Below are positions 18,734 to 29,274 of a stretch of 64,000 nucleotides of DNA, in pieces (positions within the stretch are counted from its first letter, which is position 1; every line of letters starts with the position of its first letter). Under the pieces are notes generated by a model. That model did no database searches and was not told the origin of the DNA. It saw nothing but the letters and a program-made list of their open reading frames with translations. This stretch comes from Candidatus Saccharimonadales bacterium (GTDB taxonomy: Bacteria; Patescibacteriota; Saccharimonadia; Saccharimonadales; UBA10212), in NCBI GenBank assembly GCA_040900055.1, contig JBBDZU010000007.1:104435-168434 (forward strand). Reading direction: 5' to 3'. The translations under genes and the position numbers were made by a program.

Positions 18734-20089
18734 ATGGCTAAAACTAATACACCGCCGCAAAACCTAGACATTGAAGCCAGCCTGCTGGGCAGCCTACTAA
18801 TCGACAGCGATTCCTTTGTTAAAATTGGAGATATGTTAAAACCGGATGATTTTTTTGATGAACGCCATCGGACAATTTTTAACTCGATGCGCAAGTTATT
18901 TGACAGGCGAAGCCCGGTAGATATATTGACCTTGAGTGAGCAGTTAAAAAAAGCTGGGCAATTAGATAATGTTGGCGGCGCTAGTTACCTCACTGAGCTG
19001 ACAAATACTGTACCGACGGCCGCCCACCTTGAGCAATATGCCGAAATTGTAGCAGACAAATCGATTAGGCGGCGCTTAATTAGCGCCAGCAAAGACATTG
19101 CTGACATTGGCTTTGACGAAGACAAAAGTTTGTCGGAACTAATCGAAGAAGCCGAAACCAGAATTTTTGAAGTTAGCCAACGCCACGTTAGACAAGATAT
19201 TACTAGCTTGGAGTCAATTTTAGGTGATAGTTTTGATCGCTTAGATGACTTACACCGGCACAAGGGTGGACTACGTGGAATTCCAACTGGACTGCGGGAT
19301 TTAGATAAGCTACTAGCGGGCCTTCAGCGGTCTGATTTAGTAGTCATAGCTTCGCGACCTTCTATGGGTAAAACTGCCTTGATGCTCAATATTGCCCTCG
19401 ATATAGCCACCAAGGCTAACATGGGCTCTGTTTTAATCTTTAGCCTAGAAATGAGCAAAGAACAGCTTGTCGATAGGTTATTAGCCGCCGAAGCTGGTGT
19501 TGACGCTTGGAAACTTAGAACGGGAGACGGTCTAACCGACCAAGATTTTGAAGCTTTGAGCGCTGGTATGGGCGAGCTAGCCGAAGCGCCAATCTTTATT
19601 GATGATACGTCGGGCATAACGGTCAGTGATTTACGAACAAAAGCCCGCCGCCTCCACCACCAAAACCCTTTGGCTGCCATTATGGTGGATTACCTTCAAC
19701 TAATGAGCGGTGGATCGCGTTTTGCTACAGTGGCCAACCGCGTCCAGGAAATATCCGAAATAAGCCGCTCCTTAAAAATTCTAGCTCGGGAATTAAATGT
19801 GCCGGTAGTGGCCTTAAGTCAGCTAAGCCGATCGGTAGAGAGTCGCAGCCCGCAGATACCTCAGCTAGCTGACCTTAGAGAGTCAGGATCCATTGAGCAA
19901 GATGCCGACATTGTGGCTTTTTTGTACCGCGAAGAATATTACAACCCGGAAACTGAGAGGCAAAATGCCACGGACGTTTATATAAAGAAGCACCGTAATG
20001 GGCCTGTCGGTCATATTGAACTTTATTTTGATATGCATAAGCAGCGTTTCCGAGACCTGGACACTAAGCACGACGAACCTTTTGAATAG
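18734..20089 (+). CDS. dnaB: Replicative DNA helicase
   Basis: ASRPSMGKT, FSLEMS, DYLQLM, SQLSR, DLRESGSIEQDAD, KHRNGP; no intein. Confidence 0.98.
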   Translation: MAKTNTPPQNLDIEASLLGSLLIDSDSFVKIGDMLKPDDFFDERHRTIFNSMRKLFDRRSPVDILTLSEQLKKAGQLDNVGGASYLTELTNTVPTAAHLEQYAEIVADKSIRRRLISASKDIADIGFDEDKSLSELIEEAETRIFEVSQRHVRQDITSLESILGDSFDRLDDLHRHKGGLRGIPTGLRDLDKLLAGLQRSDLVVIASRPSMGKTALMLNIALDIATKANMGSVLIFSLEMSKEQLVDRLLAAEAGVDAWKLRTGDGLTDQDFEALSAGMGELAEAPIFIDDTSGITVSDLRTKARRLHHQNPLAAIMVDYLQLMSGGSRFATVANRVQEISEISRSLKILARELNVPVVALSQLSRSVESRSPQIPQLADLRESGSIEQDADIVAFLYREEYYNPETERQNATDVYIKKHRNGPVGHIELYFDMHKQRFRDLDTKHDEPFE

Positions 20090-20105
20090 GAAGCTCCGAC
20101 TAAAA

Positions 20106-21281
20106 GTGATAAACATAAAGCGTGGTCGGTTGGGCAAACCCTTACTCTTGGCCTTGGTTTTGGGTTTTGCCGCCTTTGGTTTATTTGGCTGGGGGCTATC
20201 TTCCTTAACGCCTGGCTTATCGCCTGCCGAAGCCGCTGCCAGAGTATCTAGCAGTAGCCTTGGAGCAATTGCTGGTTCACCGATAAACGCGCCCCATAAA
20301 CTTACCCAGTTGCTTTTTGGCCATATACCACTACCTGATTCAATAGCTTTAAGGCTAGCCTCAGTTGGTGCGGCTTTAATATTTACTGCCTGTTTTTACT
20401 TGCTGGTTCGGCATTGGTTTGGTAAGACCGTTGGCATCTTCGGCACGTTACTTTTTATTTCAACACCTTTGGTAATCGTTATGGCCCGTCAAGGATCGCC
20501 AGAAATTATGTACCTATCGCCATTAGCCGCAGCGGGCGCCTACTACTGGCTGATCCGGACAAAAAGACACCTCAATGCGGCCTGGTTAACGCTGTTTGTC
20601 GTAAGCGGACTTGCCTTATACACACCCGGTGTAATTTGGTGGCTCATACTTGGGGCTATCGCTGCCAGAGTAGTGTTGACTAACGGAGCAAGAAGAGTAG
20701 GCCGTGGAATTTTTTTAGGTAGTTTTGCAATACTAGCGATTATTTTAGCGCCCCTGGTGGCTGCGGTTGCCAAGGAGCCTCTAGTTTTGAAGAGCTTGCT
20801 TTTAGTGCCCTCTAAATGGCCCCAAATCCCCGAAGCACTAGAATCTATAGGAGGTATGGCAGTTGGTCTAGTTTGGCAGGCACCGTATCACCACCCTTTG
20901 ATTATTAACAAACTGCCCTTACTTGCTATGGCCCAAGTTGCTTTGGCGATTTTTGGAGCTTATGCCATGTTTGCTAAAGCTAAAAATAAAGTTTATATCT
21001 TAATGAGTGTCTTATTGCTTGGTGTGATTGCCGCCGGCTTAAACCAAAATTTAGCGATATTAGCCTTTGTCTTGCCAGTAGTTAGTTTACTGGCCGCTGC
21101 CGGGCTAAGATTTCTGTATTTAGAGTGGAAGGTTATATTTCCCAAAAATCCTTTGGCGCACATGCTCGCCATTTTTTTAATGTTGTCTTTAATAGGCGCT
21201 CACCTATTTTTTGGCGTCAGATATGGCTTAGTGGCTTGGCCGCGTAGCATGGAAACCCGCCAGCTGTACGTGCTACAATAA
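20106..21281 (+). CDS. Polytopic membrane protein, GT-C (ArnT/PMT-like) glycosyltransferase candidate
   Basis: About 10-11 TM helices; P...L and LRLASV pattern after TM1; start moved to GTG 20106 to avoid overlap with dnaB. Confidence 0.65.
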   Translation: MINIKRGRLGKPLLLALVLGFAAFGLFGWGLSSLTPGLSPAEAAARVSSSSLGAIAGSPINAPHKLTQLLFGHIPLPDSIALRLASVGAALIFTACFYLLVRHWFGKTVGIFGTLLFISTPLVIVMARQGSPEIMYLSPLAAAGAYYWLIRTKRHLNAAWLTLFVVSGLALYTPGVIWWLILGAIAARVVLTNGARRVGRGIFLGSFAILAIILAPLVAAVAKEPLVLKSLLLVPSKWPQIPEALESIGGMAVGLVWQAPYHHPLIINKLPLLAMAQVALAIFGAYAMFAKAKNKVYILMSVLLLGVIAAGLNQNLAILAFVLPVVSLLAAAGLRFLYLEWKVIFPKNPLAHMLAIFLMLSLIGAHLFFGVRYGLVAWPRSMETRQLYVLQ

Positions 21282-21313
21282 GCCTCGAACTTCGAAAGAA
21301 AGGTATTTTTTAA

Positions 21314-21607
21314 TTGAGTAAGTTTGATCAAGCTAAATTACTGATGCGCGCTCGCAAGCTTCAAAAGGAGCTAGCCCGCGAGGTTATAGAAGTCGAGGCT
21401 GGTGAAGGAGCGGTTAAAGTTGAGATAACCGGCGAGCAGAAGATAAAAAAAATCTATATCAATCCCGAATATATTGCTCTTGATGATATTGGCCAGCTGG
21501 AAGGTTGGCTCGAGGAGGCTATTAAAGAAGCTATTTCTCGTAGCCAAAAGTTAGCCGCCGAGAAAATGCAGCCAATGATGGGAGAATTAGGTAGCCTTGG
21601 GCTATAA
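21314..21607 (+). CDS. ybaB: YbaB/EbfC nucleoid-associated protein
   Basis: AGEGAVKVEITGEQ; directly upstream of recR; TTG start. Confidence 0.9.
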   Translation: MSKFDQAKLLMRARKLQKELAREVIEVEAGEGAVKVEITGEQKIKKIYINPEYIALDDIGQLEGWLEEAIKEAISRSQKLAAEKMQPMMGELGSLGL

Positions 21608-21619
21608 AAACAAAAATTT

Positions 21620-22228
21620 ATGGCAACTGTTATACCAAAACCGCTAGGTAAGCTAATCGAAGCCTTATCCAAGCTCCCGGGAGTGGGCCCAAGAAGCGCC
21701 GAACGCTATGCCTATTTTTTATTTAAAGCCGACCCAGCTTTTTCTGCAGATATCTCTTCAGCACTAGAAAATCTTCACAAAAAGCTTACTTATTGTCCTA
21801 AGACCTTTGCCCTAATTGAATCCGGCCAAAAAATCAGCCCCCTTTATAGTGATCCCAAGCGGGATAAAACGACGGTGGCAGTAGTGGCCGATCCGTTCGA
21901 CATTGTGGCCCTAGAAAGAACTGGTAGCTTCAGTGGTACTTATCACGTTTTAGGAGGACTAGTTTCGCCTATAGATGGGGTCGGGCCAGAACAACTTCGC
22001 ATTGAAGAGCTTTTAACTCGCGTTGACAAAGATAAAGTAAAAGAGCTAATTTTAGCCACTAATGCTAGCGTTGAGGGCGAGACAACAGCACTTTTGGTAA
22101 TGCAAAGAGTCGGCAAACGACCAGTAAAAATCACTAGAATCGCCAGAGGCTTGCCGGTTGGAGTTGACCTAGAATATGCCGACCAGATCACTTTAACTAG
22201 AGCTCTAGAAGGTCGCCAGAAACTTTAG
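21620..22228 (+). CDS. recR: Recombination mediator RecR
   Basis: LPGVGPRSAER, YHVLGG, ELILATN..VEGE, GLPVG.DLEYAD; C4 zinc finger reduced to one Cys. Confidence 0.96.
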   Translation: MATVIPKPLGKLIEALSKLPGVGPRSAERYAYFLFKADPAFSADISSALENLHKKLTYCPKTFALIESGQKISPLYSDPKRDKTTVAVVADPFDIVALERTGSFSGTYHVLGGLVSPIDGVGPEQLRIEELLTRVDKDKVKELILATNASVEGETTALLVMQRVGKRPVKITRIARGLPVGVDLEYADQITLTRALEGRQKL

Positions 22229-22262
22229 ACCCATCCGAAACTAGGCTATAATTGGCGCTGAA

Positions 22263-23273
22263 GTGACCACTTATCCAGAAGCCGAAGAAATCGGTAAGCT
22301 TATAGATGCGGCTAAAGCAATTGTCGTCGTTCAAGCAGATAATCCCGACGGGGACTCCTTGGCTAGTGCCTTAGCTCTAGAGCAAATATTGGGTGACCTA
22401 AAAAAGGACGTGGTCTTATACTGCGGCGTTAATTTGCCCTCCTACCTAACTTATTTGCCAGGTGCTGACCGGGTTGTTAATGAGCTGCCTAAAAAGTTCG
22501 ATTTGAGTATTATCGTAGATACTAGCAGCGACAGCTTGCTTGAGCAGCTTAATCACCAAGGCTCCAAAAGCTGGCTGGCAGCCAAGCCGTCGATTGTCAT
22601 TGATCACCATGCAACTGCGCCAACCATTAGTTTTGCGGCAGTGATTTGCAGCCACCCAGCAGTAGCCTCAGCAGAAGTTATTTATGAGCTAGCTAAAGAC
22701 TTGGACTGGAAGCTAAATTCCCCGGCGAACGAGTTTTTAGCCATAGGCATATTAAGTGACAGCTTAGGACTAACAAGCGAGGCTACTACTCCGCGGTCTA
22801 TTCACATTGTGGCCGAATTAGTAGAGACCGGTGTTAGCTTAGCAGCTTTAGAAAGTGCTCGGCGAGAAACTATGCGCCGAGAACCAGAGTTAATTCACTA
22901 TAAAGGCCGGTTGCTTCAGCGAGTCGAATTTTACGATGATAATCGTATTGCCATGGTTACCATTCCTTGGGACGAAATTGAAACATATAGCCCTGCCTAT
23001 AATCCACCGATGCTGGTTATTGACGATATGCGGCTAGGCAAAGGCACAGACGTAGCCATTTGCTTTAAGCTTTACAAAGACGGCAAGATTACTGCCAAAA
23101 TTCGCTGCAACTACGGTAAGGGGATTGCCGATAAATTAGCCGAACACTTTAGAGGGGGCGGGCACCCCTATGCTGCAGGGTTTAAAATTACTAATGGGCG
23201 AACACCGGAGGATATTAAACAAGAAACCATAGATATCACCTCAAAGCTACTAAAAGACCTAGAAAAAGACTAA
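22263..23273 (+). CDS. Second DHH/DHHA1 phosphoesterase
   Basis: NPDGDS, IDHH, GILSD, GGGHPYAAG. Confidence 0.88.
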   Translation: MTTYPEAEEIGKLIDAAKAIVVVQADNPDGDSLASALALEQILGDLKKDVVLYCGVNLPSYLTYLPGADRVVNELPKKFDLSIIVDTSSDSLLEQLNHQGSKSWLAAKPSIVIDHHATAPTISFAAVICSHPAVASAEVIYELAKDLDWKLNSPANEFLAIGILSDSLGLTSEATTPRSIHIVAELVETGVSLAALESARRETMRREPELIHYKGRLLQRVEFYDDNRIAMVTIPWDEIETYSPAYNPPMLVIDDMRLGKGTDVAICFKLYKDGKITAKIRCNYGKGIADKLAEHFRGGGHPYAAGFKITNGRTPEDIKQETIDITSKLLKDLEKD

Positions 23274-23279
23274 GACTTG

Positions 23280-24707
23280 ATGCTAAAAATCTATAACTCG
23301 CTAACTAAAGAAATAGAGACATTTAAGCCAATCATTAGCGGTCAGGTTAAGCTATATAGCTGCGGTCCAACAGTTTATGAGCGTGCCCACATTGGTAATT
23401 TGGCGTCTTTTATTTATGTAGACACTCTAAGACGCACACTCGAAACTTCTGGTTATAAAGTTAAGCATGTCATGAATATTACCGACATCGATGATAAAAC
23501 AATTGCCGCCAGCAAAGCCATTTATCCTGAGCTGCCTCCGACGGAGGCTTTATCAAAGCTGACAAAGAAATATGAAAAAATATTCTTAAGCGATCTTGAG
23601 GCTGTAGGAATTGATACCGATAAAATTAGTTTCGTAAGGGCCACTGAAAATATTGAATCTATGCAGACTTTAATTTTAAAGCTGCTAGATAAAGGTTTCG
23701 CCTACCAGGCTGCCGACGGAATTTATTTTTCAATTAATAAATACAGAAAGGCCGATAAAAAGTACGGGCAACTCGTAGAGCTGAGCGTAGACCAAACCCA
23801 CATTGCCAGAATCAATAATGATGAGTACGACAAAGATGAAGCAAGCGATTTTGTCCTATGGAAAGCCCAGAAAGACCACGAGCCAGCTTGGGATTTTAAG
23901 CTACCAGATGGCCAAAATCTTATAGGTCGGCCAGGTTGGCACATAGAGTGCTCGGCCATGAGTGAGAAATATCTTCACATACCCTTTGATATTCATACGG
24001 GCGGTATTGATCTAAAATTTCCTCACCATGAAAACGAAATTGCCCAAAGCACAGCACTGGGGAGCGATCGCCTGTCTAACATCTTTTTCCACAACGAACA
24101 TATGTTAGTAAATGAACAAAAGATGAGTAAATCGTTGGGTAATTATTACCATTTGGCTGATATTACTAAAAAAGGTACTGATCCTTTAGCCTTTAGGCTA
24201 TTGGTTCTACAAAGCCATTATCAAAAACCTAGCAATTTTAATTGGGAAGCACTGGAAGCAGCTAGTAACCGTCTTAAATCATATCGAGCTTTTGCAGATA
24301 TTAGACACCAGCCACTGCTTGAAATAAATATAGTTAGTGCCAATAAGAACGAAGGGTTCGAGCAAACATATGAAGGAATGAGTAGCGGTCTGGTTAGGGA
24401 AGCCAGCGAAAATTTAGATACTCCGAGCTTATTCGCTTTCCTAGATTCTTATATCAGTCGTGTAGAATCAACAGGCTATAATCAAAAATATTTTCAAAAA
24501 TTCCTAAAAACTATTGATGACTTGCTCGGTCTTGATTTATCAAATAGGCCAGACATCTCGTCAACTCAAAAACAATTTATGAACGAACGAGAAGATGCGC
24601 GAAAGAATAATGATTGGTCAAAAGCCGACGAGCTAAGAAAAAAGCTATCCAGCGAAGGAGTTGAAATCAACGACACCCCAGCGGGCTCAATTTGGTACCG
24701 TCCTTAG
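23280..24707 (+). CDS. cysS: Cysteine--tRNA ligase
   Basis: CGPTVY, HIGN, GRPGWHIECSAM, HHENE, KMSKS. Confidence 0.97.
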   Translation: MLKIYNSLTKEIETFKPIISGQVKLYSCGPTVYERAHIGNLASFIYVDTLRRTLETSGYKVKHVMNITDIDDKTIAASKAIYPELPPTEALSKLTKKYEKIFLSDLEAVGIDTDKISFVRATENIESMQTLILKLLDKGFAYQAADGIYFSINKYRKADKKYGQLVELSVDQTHIARINNDEYDKDEASDFVLWKAQKDHEPAWDFKLPDGQNLIGRPGWHIECSAMSEKYLHIPFDIHTGGIDLKFPHHENEIAQSTALGSDRLSNIFFHNEHMLVNEQKMSKSLGNYYHLADITKKGTDPLAFRLLVLQSHYQKPSNFNWEALEAASNRLKSYRAFADIRHQPLLEINIVSANKNEGFEQTYEGMSSGLVREASENLDTPSLFAFLDSYISRVESTGYNQKYFQKFLKTIDDLLGLDLSNRPDISSTQKQFMNEREDARKNNDWSKADELRKKLSSEGVEINDTPAGSIWYRP

Positions 24708-25795
24708 GGTATGTCGTTTGGGGTAGGCTTACTCTGCGAGCGCTGCTCGAAATAATCTTCTAGCAATACTTTGATGGCACCGGCCGCCGGAATTGCCACT
24801 ATGGCCCCCAGTAAACCGCCAAAGCCCACCCCAATAAGAGCTGCCATAAAGACAGTCATGGGCGACAGCTGGGTAACCTTGGACTGAACATACGGCTGAA
24901 GCGTCAGGTTTTCGATTTGCTGATAAACAATATAGTAGATGAGCATCACGATTCCGAGCGTTATAGAGTTAAGCAGGCTAAAGATAACTACAATTGCGGC
25001 CGACAACACTGTACCAAAGAGCGGAATCAATGATAATACAGCCACAATACCGGCCAGAGCCAGCGCGTTAAGCGATACGTTAAGGATGCTGCTGGCCAAG
25101 GTTAAAGATATAAAAGTCATGGCTCCACCAATGGCTGCCATTATCACTTGGCCGTTCACAAATCCGGTCACTGACCGATAAATCTTATGGGCAATTTTTT
25201 GATGACGTTGACGGTTTTTATCCGGCGAGAGCTTCCAAAATAGTTTTAGCCATCTGGGACCCTCAATCAACATCATAAAGGTTAAGGCTACCACGGCTAA
25301 AATCGATACCACGACACTAAGTATCTTACGACCGGCATCTAAGGCCGCACCGCCAAAATCACTATAGCGATTCGATAAGTTGTTGGCAGTCTCACTTAAT
25401 TGGTCATCTAGATCGTATCTTTCTATTAGCCTGGATAGGCTAGTGTCGCTAGCCTGAAAAGTCCTTACGGTCTGGGGGACCTCTTGAATAAACTCTCGAG
25501 TTTGGCTAATCAGCGGCGGAATGATTAAGGCCAAGAAGCCAGCCAGGAACAGGATAACCGTCAAATAAGCCACGGCAGTCGCCCGAACGCGCGACTTAAT
25601 TCTAAGCCGTCGAGAGGTCCAGCTGACTATAGGATTAAGAGCTAGAGTTAAAAACATAGCAGTGAAGATAATTGTAAGGACTGTACTAACTTCACTGACG
25701 AACTTAAAGAACAGTATTGCGGCCGCCACCCACAAGATACCCCGCACAATTGTACGGTTACTGATGTTTACGGTTACGTTACCGCTAGGCTTCAT
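24704..25795 (-). CDS. AI-2E (PerM/UPF0118) family transporter
   Basis: Multi-TM; LIPLFG, QQIENLTLQP, GLLGAIVAIP. Confidence 0.9.
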   Translation of the reverse strand: MKPSGNVTVNISNRTIVRGILWVAAAILFFKFVSEVSTVLTIIFTAMFLTLALNPIVSWTSRRLRIKSRVRATAVAYLTVILFLAGFLALIIPPLISQTREFIQEVPQTVRTFQASDTSLSRLIERYDLDDQLSETANNLSNRYSDFGGAALDAGRKILSVVVSILAVVALTFMMLIEGPRWLKLFWKLSPDKNRQRHQKIAHKIYRSVTGFVNGQVIMAAIGGAMTFISLTLASSILNVSLNALALAGIVAVLSLIPLFGTVLSAAIVVIFSLLNSITLGIVMLIYYIVYQQIENLTLQPYVQSKVTQLSPMTVFMAALIGVGFGGLLGAIVAIPAAGAIKVLLEDYFEQRSQSKPTPNDIP

Positions 25796-26958
25796 AGTTT
25801 ACCTCGATTATGTCGACTTTTAGCCCTTTTGGCAATTGCCTTCGAGTAAATCTGCAAAATTCGTGGCCCGATGACATCAACATCATATTGCCTAACAACG
25901 TCTCGCTGCCAAATATGCAGTCGATGAGCCAGCAGGTTATCGGACAGCAGTTTGTATAACTGTGCGGCAAAGGCAGCGGTTTCTTTTGGCTCGATAAGCA
26001 AGTCTTTTTGGGGGCCCATGACACTACGGTAGCCGGGATTGCCCCCTGCTAGGACAACACCGGAGCCAGCAGCCATAGCTTCTAAAAGCACGATTCCAAA
26101 ACTTTCGCCGCCGGTAGATGGGAAGCAAGCTATGTCGGCGTTAGCTAAAAGCTTGGTCTTTTCGGCTTCGGTGACAAATCCCCTAAAAGTAACGGCTTTT
26201 GATACACCCAGCCGTTTAGCCTTACGAACAAGCTTGGCTTTATCGGGCCCGTCACCGGCAATAATTAGGCGGGCATCGGGCAGTTTCTTGTGAACTTTAG
26301 CAAAAGCTTTAAGCAAATAGCCGCAGCCTTTTCGTTCAACTAAGCGTCCCAAAAAGACTACTTGTCGCCTTGGCCTGGAAAAATATTTAGGCAGTCTATT
26401 AAACTGGCTTAGGTCTATCACGTTGGGCACAACCTCGCTCTTTAGACCAAAGGCTTTTTTGGCAAAAGCCGCCGCTGGTTCGCTGACGCTGATAATTTTA
26501 TCAAAGCGCCGAAGGCTACGACCGTAGCTGAGCTTAAGCAGACGGCTACCGGCAGAGACAGTCCGGCCGGCTGGGAAGATATGAAAAGTACCGATTACAG
26601 CCGGATGCGGGCCGGCTAGTTTGATTACCCGATTGGCAAAAAACGGTGAATGCGGCATTTGAACGTGTAAAACATCAAAATCTTCGGCCCTTAAGGACCT
26701 TAGGATTGGGGCGGGACTAGCGGGCAGGGGGACAGAAAGCCGATTCCCATTAAAATCAACCACTATGTTTTTAGCTAGGCTATAGACCTTGCCGCCGGCA
26801 TGTTCGGGCAAGTGTGTTTGGCCAACCAAATAGCGTACGTCGTGCCCCTGGGAGCTTAGCCAGCTGCCTAATGTCTTGACATAGGTAGCTACGCCTGCAG
26901 GGCTGTCTAGGCTATCGTCAAAGACGAAACCGATTCTTAGGGCGGATTCTTTTTTCAT
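25792..26958 (-). CDS. GT4 glycosyltransferase (PimA-like)
   Basis: DVLHVQMP, GTFH, GRLVERKG, STGGESFGIVLLEAMAAG. Confidence 0.9.
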   Translation of the reverse strand: MKKESALRIGFVFDDSLDSPAGVATYVKTLGSWLSSQGHDVRYLVGQTHLPEHAGGKVYSLAKNIVVDFNGNRLSVPLPASPAPILRSLRAEDFDVLHVQMPHSPFFANRVIKLAGPHPAVIGTFHIFPAGRTVSAGSRLLKLSYGRSLRRFDKIISVSEPAAAFAKKAFGLKSEVVPNVIDLSQFNRLPKYFSRPRRQVVFLGRLVERKGCGYLLKAFAKVHKKLPDARLIIAGDGPDKAKLVRKAKRLGVSKAVTFRGFVTEAEKTKLLANADIACFPSTGGESFGIVLLEAMAAGSGVVLAGGNPGYRSVMGPQKDLLIEPKETAAFAAQLYKLLSDNLLAHRLHIWQRDVVRQYDVDVIGPRILQIYSKAIAKRAKSRHNRGKL

Positions 26959-28078
26959 GATTATTTATTGCTAGTTTATAGGTATCTTCATATAGTTGGC
27001 TGATTCGCCCGTAGTTAAATTGGGTAACGTAATCCTTAGCCCAAGTTAACCATAGATCCCGTAATGGCTGGTTAAAGGCCATAAGCTCCAGACGCCGGGC
27101 AAAATCGACTGTATCCAACGGATTGACCAACGATATCGCCCCGGTATCGGCCATAACACTTTGATAGCCAACATTATCGCCGGCTACTATGGGGCAACCG
27201 GCCGCCATAGCTTCCAGTAGCACAATGCCAAAACTTTCGCCGTAATGCGCAGGGGAGCAAAATAAGTCAGCCTTGTGTAAATGATAGATTTTATCTTCCT
27301 CAGAAATATATCCCAAAAAAGTCACGCGCGATATTTTGTTATCACGGACGTATTGTCTTAGCCTTTTCTCATCCGGGCCACTGCCGGCAATTAGAAGCTG
27401 CACGTCCTTTCGGCGTTTAGCCAGTAGCTCAAATGCGCGGAGCAGGTACTTTAGGCCCTTGCGGTTTTCTAGTCGACCAATATATAAAATTGTTTTAGTT
27501 TTAGGGTGGTGAATAGCCGAGACGGGCGAATTTTGATATTTTTCAATGTCGATGGCATTGGGCACGATTATGACTGGACGGTGGGAAAGAGTCTTAAAGT
27601 AATCGGTGGCTGGCTCAGATACGGCTGTAAAAACGTCAAAGTATTTAATCATTGGCTTGGTATAAGGAGTTATAACTGTGGTAAGAGTTTTAGCCGTCAT
27701 GGTGTCTAAGAATCGTCCGTGCATGGTAGCCACATGGGCTGCCTTAGATCGGACAACCAGCTGGCGGCTCCAAAACGGTATCCAGGGTTCATGAAAGTGT
27801 AAAACGTCAAATTGCTCCTGTTCAAATACTTCATCAATCGCATCAGTATCGACCGATACTGACCACTGCCAGGCAGTACCGGCAAAAACTTTAGTACTCA
27901 TAGAGGTTCCTAGAGTAATAATGTGTTCTGGGATCGCCTCTTTGTAGTCGCGAGGATGAGGGGTAATGATTTTGGCATAGTGCCCGCGCTTTTCGTGCTC
28001 GGCTCTTAAGGCCTTAACGCACTCTTGCACGCCACCGCCTCTAAACAAATGGTAGGGGCAAACAAGTCCAATTCGCAT
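26918..28078 (-). CDS. GT4 glycosyltransferase (PimA-like)
   Basis: MRIGLVCPY...GGVQ, DVLHFHEP, GRLENRKG, GESFGIVLLEAMAAG. Confidence 0.92.
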   Translation of the reverse strand: MRIGLVCPYHLFRGGGVQECVKALRAEHEKRGHYAKIITPHPRDYKEAIPEHIITLGTSMSTKVFAGTAWQWSVSVDTDAIDEVFEQEQFDVLHFHEPWIPFWSRQLVVRSKAAHVATMHGRFLDTMTAKTLTTVITPYTKPMIKYFDVFTAVSEPATDYFKTLSHRPVIIVPNAIDIEKYQNSPVSAIHHPKTKTILYIGRLENRKGLKYLLRAFELLAKRRKDVQLLIAGSGPDEKRLRQYVRDNKISRVTFLGYISEEDKIYHLHKADLFCSPAHYGESFGIVLLEAMAAGCPIVAGDNVGYQSVMADTGAISLVNPLDTVDFARRLELMAFNQPLRDLWLTWAKDYVTQFNYGRISQLYEDTYKLAINNHEKRIRPKNRFRL

Positions 28079-28097
28079 CCTAAAATTATAGCCTAGA

Positions 28098-29027
28098 TTA
28101 GGCTATATCTTTCAGAAGCCGCCGGAGCTGTTCAGGGATATACGGAGATGCCTGCTCAGCCGATGCAATCACCGATGGCGAGTGAGCAGGCACATCAGCC
28201 CTAAATTGATAAAAATCTCTATATATCTGGCGCATATGCTTCTCAACGCTTTTGTTATTAAAGTAACGGTCGTTGTCTAAAGATACATGATAGACCGGCA
28301 AATCAATCTGTCTATCCGTTAGGTCTAATGTGAACATGGTTTTTCCCATGGACATATATGTCCGAGGGTCGTTGCATTGCCATAGGTGAATTTCAAAGGC
28401 AATTCTTTTGTCGCGCTCTGTCCGGTCTCCATCTACTAGCTTTGAGTGACGATTTTCCACTAAGCGATAGGCTGTTCTAATAAAGGGTCCTCTAAAGGCT
28501 ATATATTTTAAGAAGGCTGCTGGTAAATAGTGTGAAAAAAAGCTCGTGCCGTAGCGAAAAATCAAAAAGGTGCGCCTTTTAAAGATAAAGTCGTCCTTGT
28601 GGACTAAGCCAGCAATCGAGACAACCATGTCAACTTTTTTAATTATGTTTGGATGCCTTTGCAACAAACGTGTGACTACAACAAAACCTAGACTATAGCC
28701 GGCAATAACGAAACGTTTGTTCTTTAGGTATTTATTTATAAAGGCGGCTAAATAGTCAGCCATATTATCTAGCGTGGGCTGTTTTCCAATCTTGTAGAAA
28801 GTTTCCATGCCTCCAAAGCCTGGCAGGTCAGGCACGGTTATGCCGCTATACTTGTTTAAGAGCTCGGCTACACCAAAGATACGCTCTAAGCTCGTATGGT
28901 GACCATATATGAGTAAAATCTCGGTTCTTTTCCCGGCCGGAGGCGTCACACGCATCATCCGTCCCGATAGCCCATTTATTTCTAATGGCAACATATAATT
29001 ATCGACCGTTTTGGTGTTTTCAGGCAT
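28098..29027 (-). CDS. Alpha/beta hydrolase
   Basis: PDLPGFG, nucleophile elbow GYSLG, C-terminal His (AHS). Confidence 0.85.
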   Translation of the reverse strand: MPENTKTVDNYMLPLEINGLSGRMMRVTPPAGKRTEILLIYGHHTSLERIFGVAELLNKYSGITVPDLPGFGGMETFYKIGKQPTLDNMADYLAAFINKYLKNKRFVIAGYSLGFVVVTRLLQRHPNIIKKVDMVVSIAGLVHKDDFIFKRRTFLIFRYGTSFFSHYLPAAFLKYIAFRGPFIRTAYRLVENRHSKLVDGDRTERDKRIAFEIHLWQCNDPRTYMSMGKTMFTLDLTDRQIDLPVYHVSLDNDRYFNNKSVEKHMRQIYRDFYQFRADVPAHSPSVIASAEQASPYIPEQLRRLLKDIA

Positions 29028-29096
29028 TCTTAAGCTAGATTATACGACAGATACCTACCTCTGTAAAATTTACGAAGTATCTTCTGCGGCAATGTA

Positions 29097-29170
29097 TGGC
29101 TCCGGGACTTGGATTCGAACCAAGATTACTGGGACCAAAACCCAGCGTCCTACCATTAGACGATCCCGGA
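29097..29170 (-). tRNA. tRNA-Gln(TTG)
   Basis: Reverse complement TCCGGGATCGTCTAATGGTAGGAC...TTTTGGT...GGTTCGAATCC...CCCGGAGCCA. Confidence 0.95.
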
Positions 29171-29274
29171 ATGACGTTTATCCATTTTATAGTCTAGCGC
29201 TACGTGAGTCCACAAGTCTCCTGTTTGTATGCTAGCGAACTAGAGAATTAGAGATCTTTTGATATGCTGTTTTG

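Noticed and set aside
19998-20105. ORF-track start of the GT-C membrane protein inside dnaB
   Set aside because: 92-nt overlap with dnaB; GTG at 20106 is more plausible.
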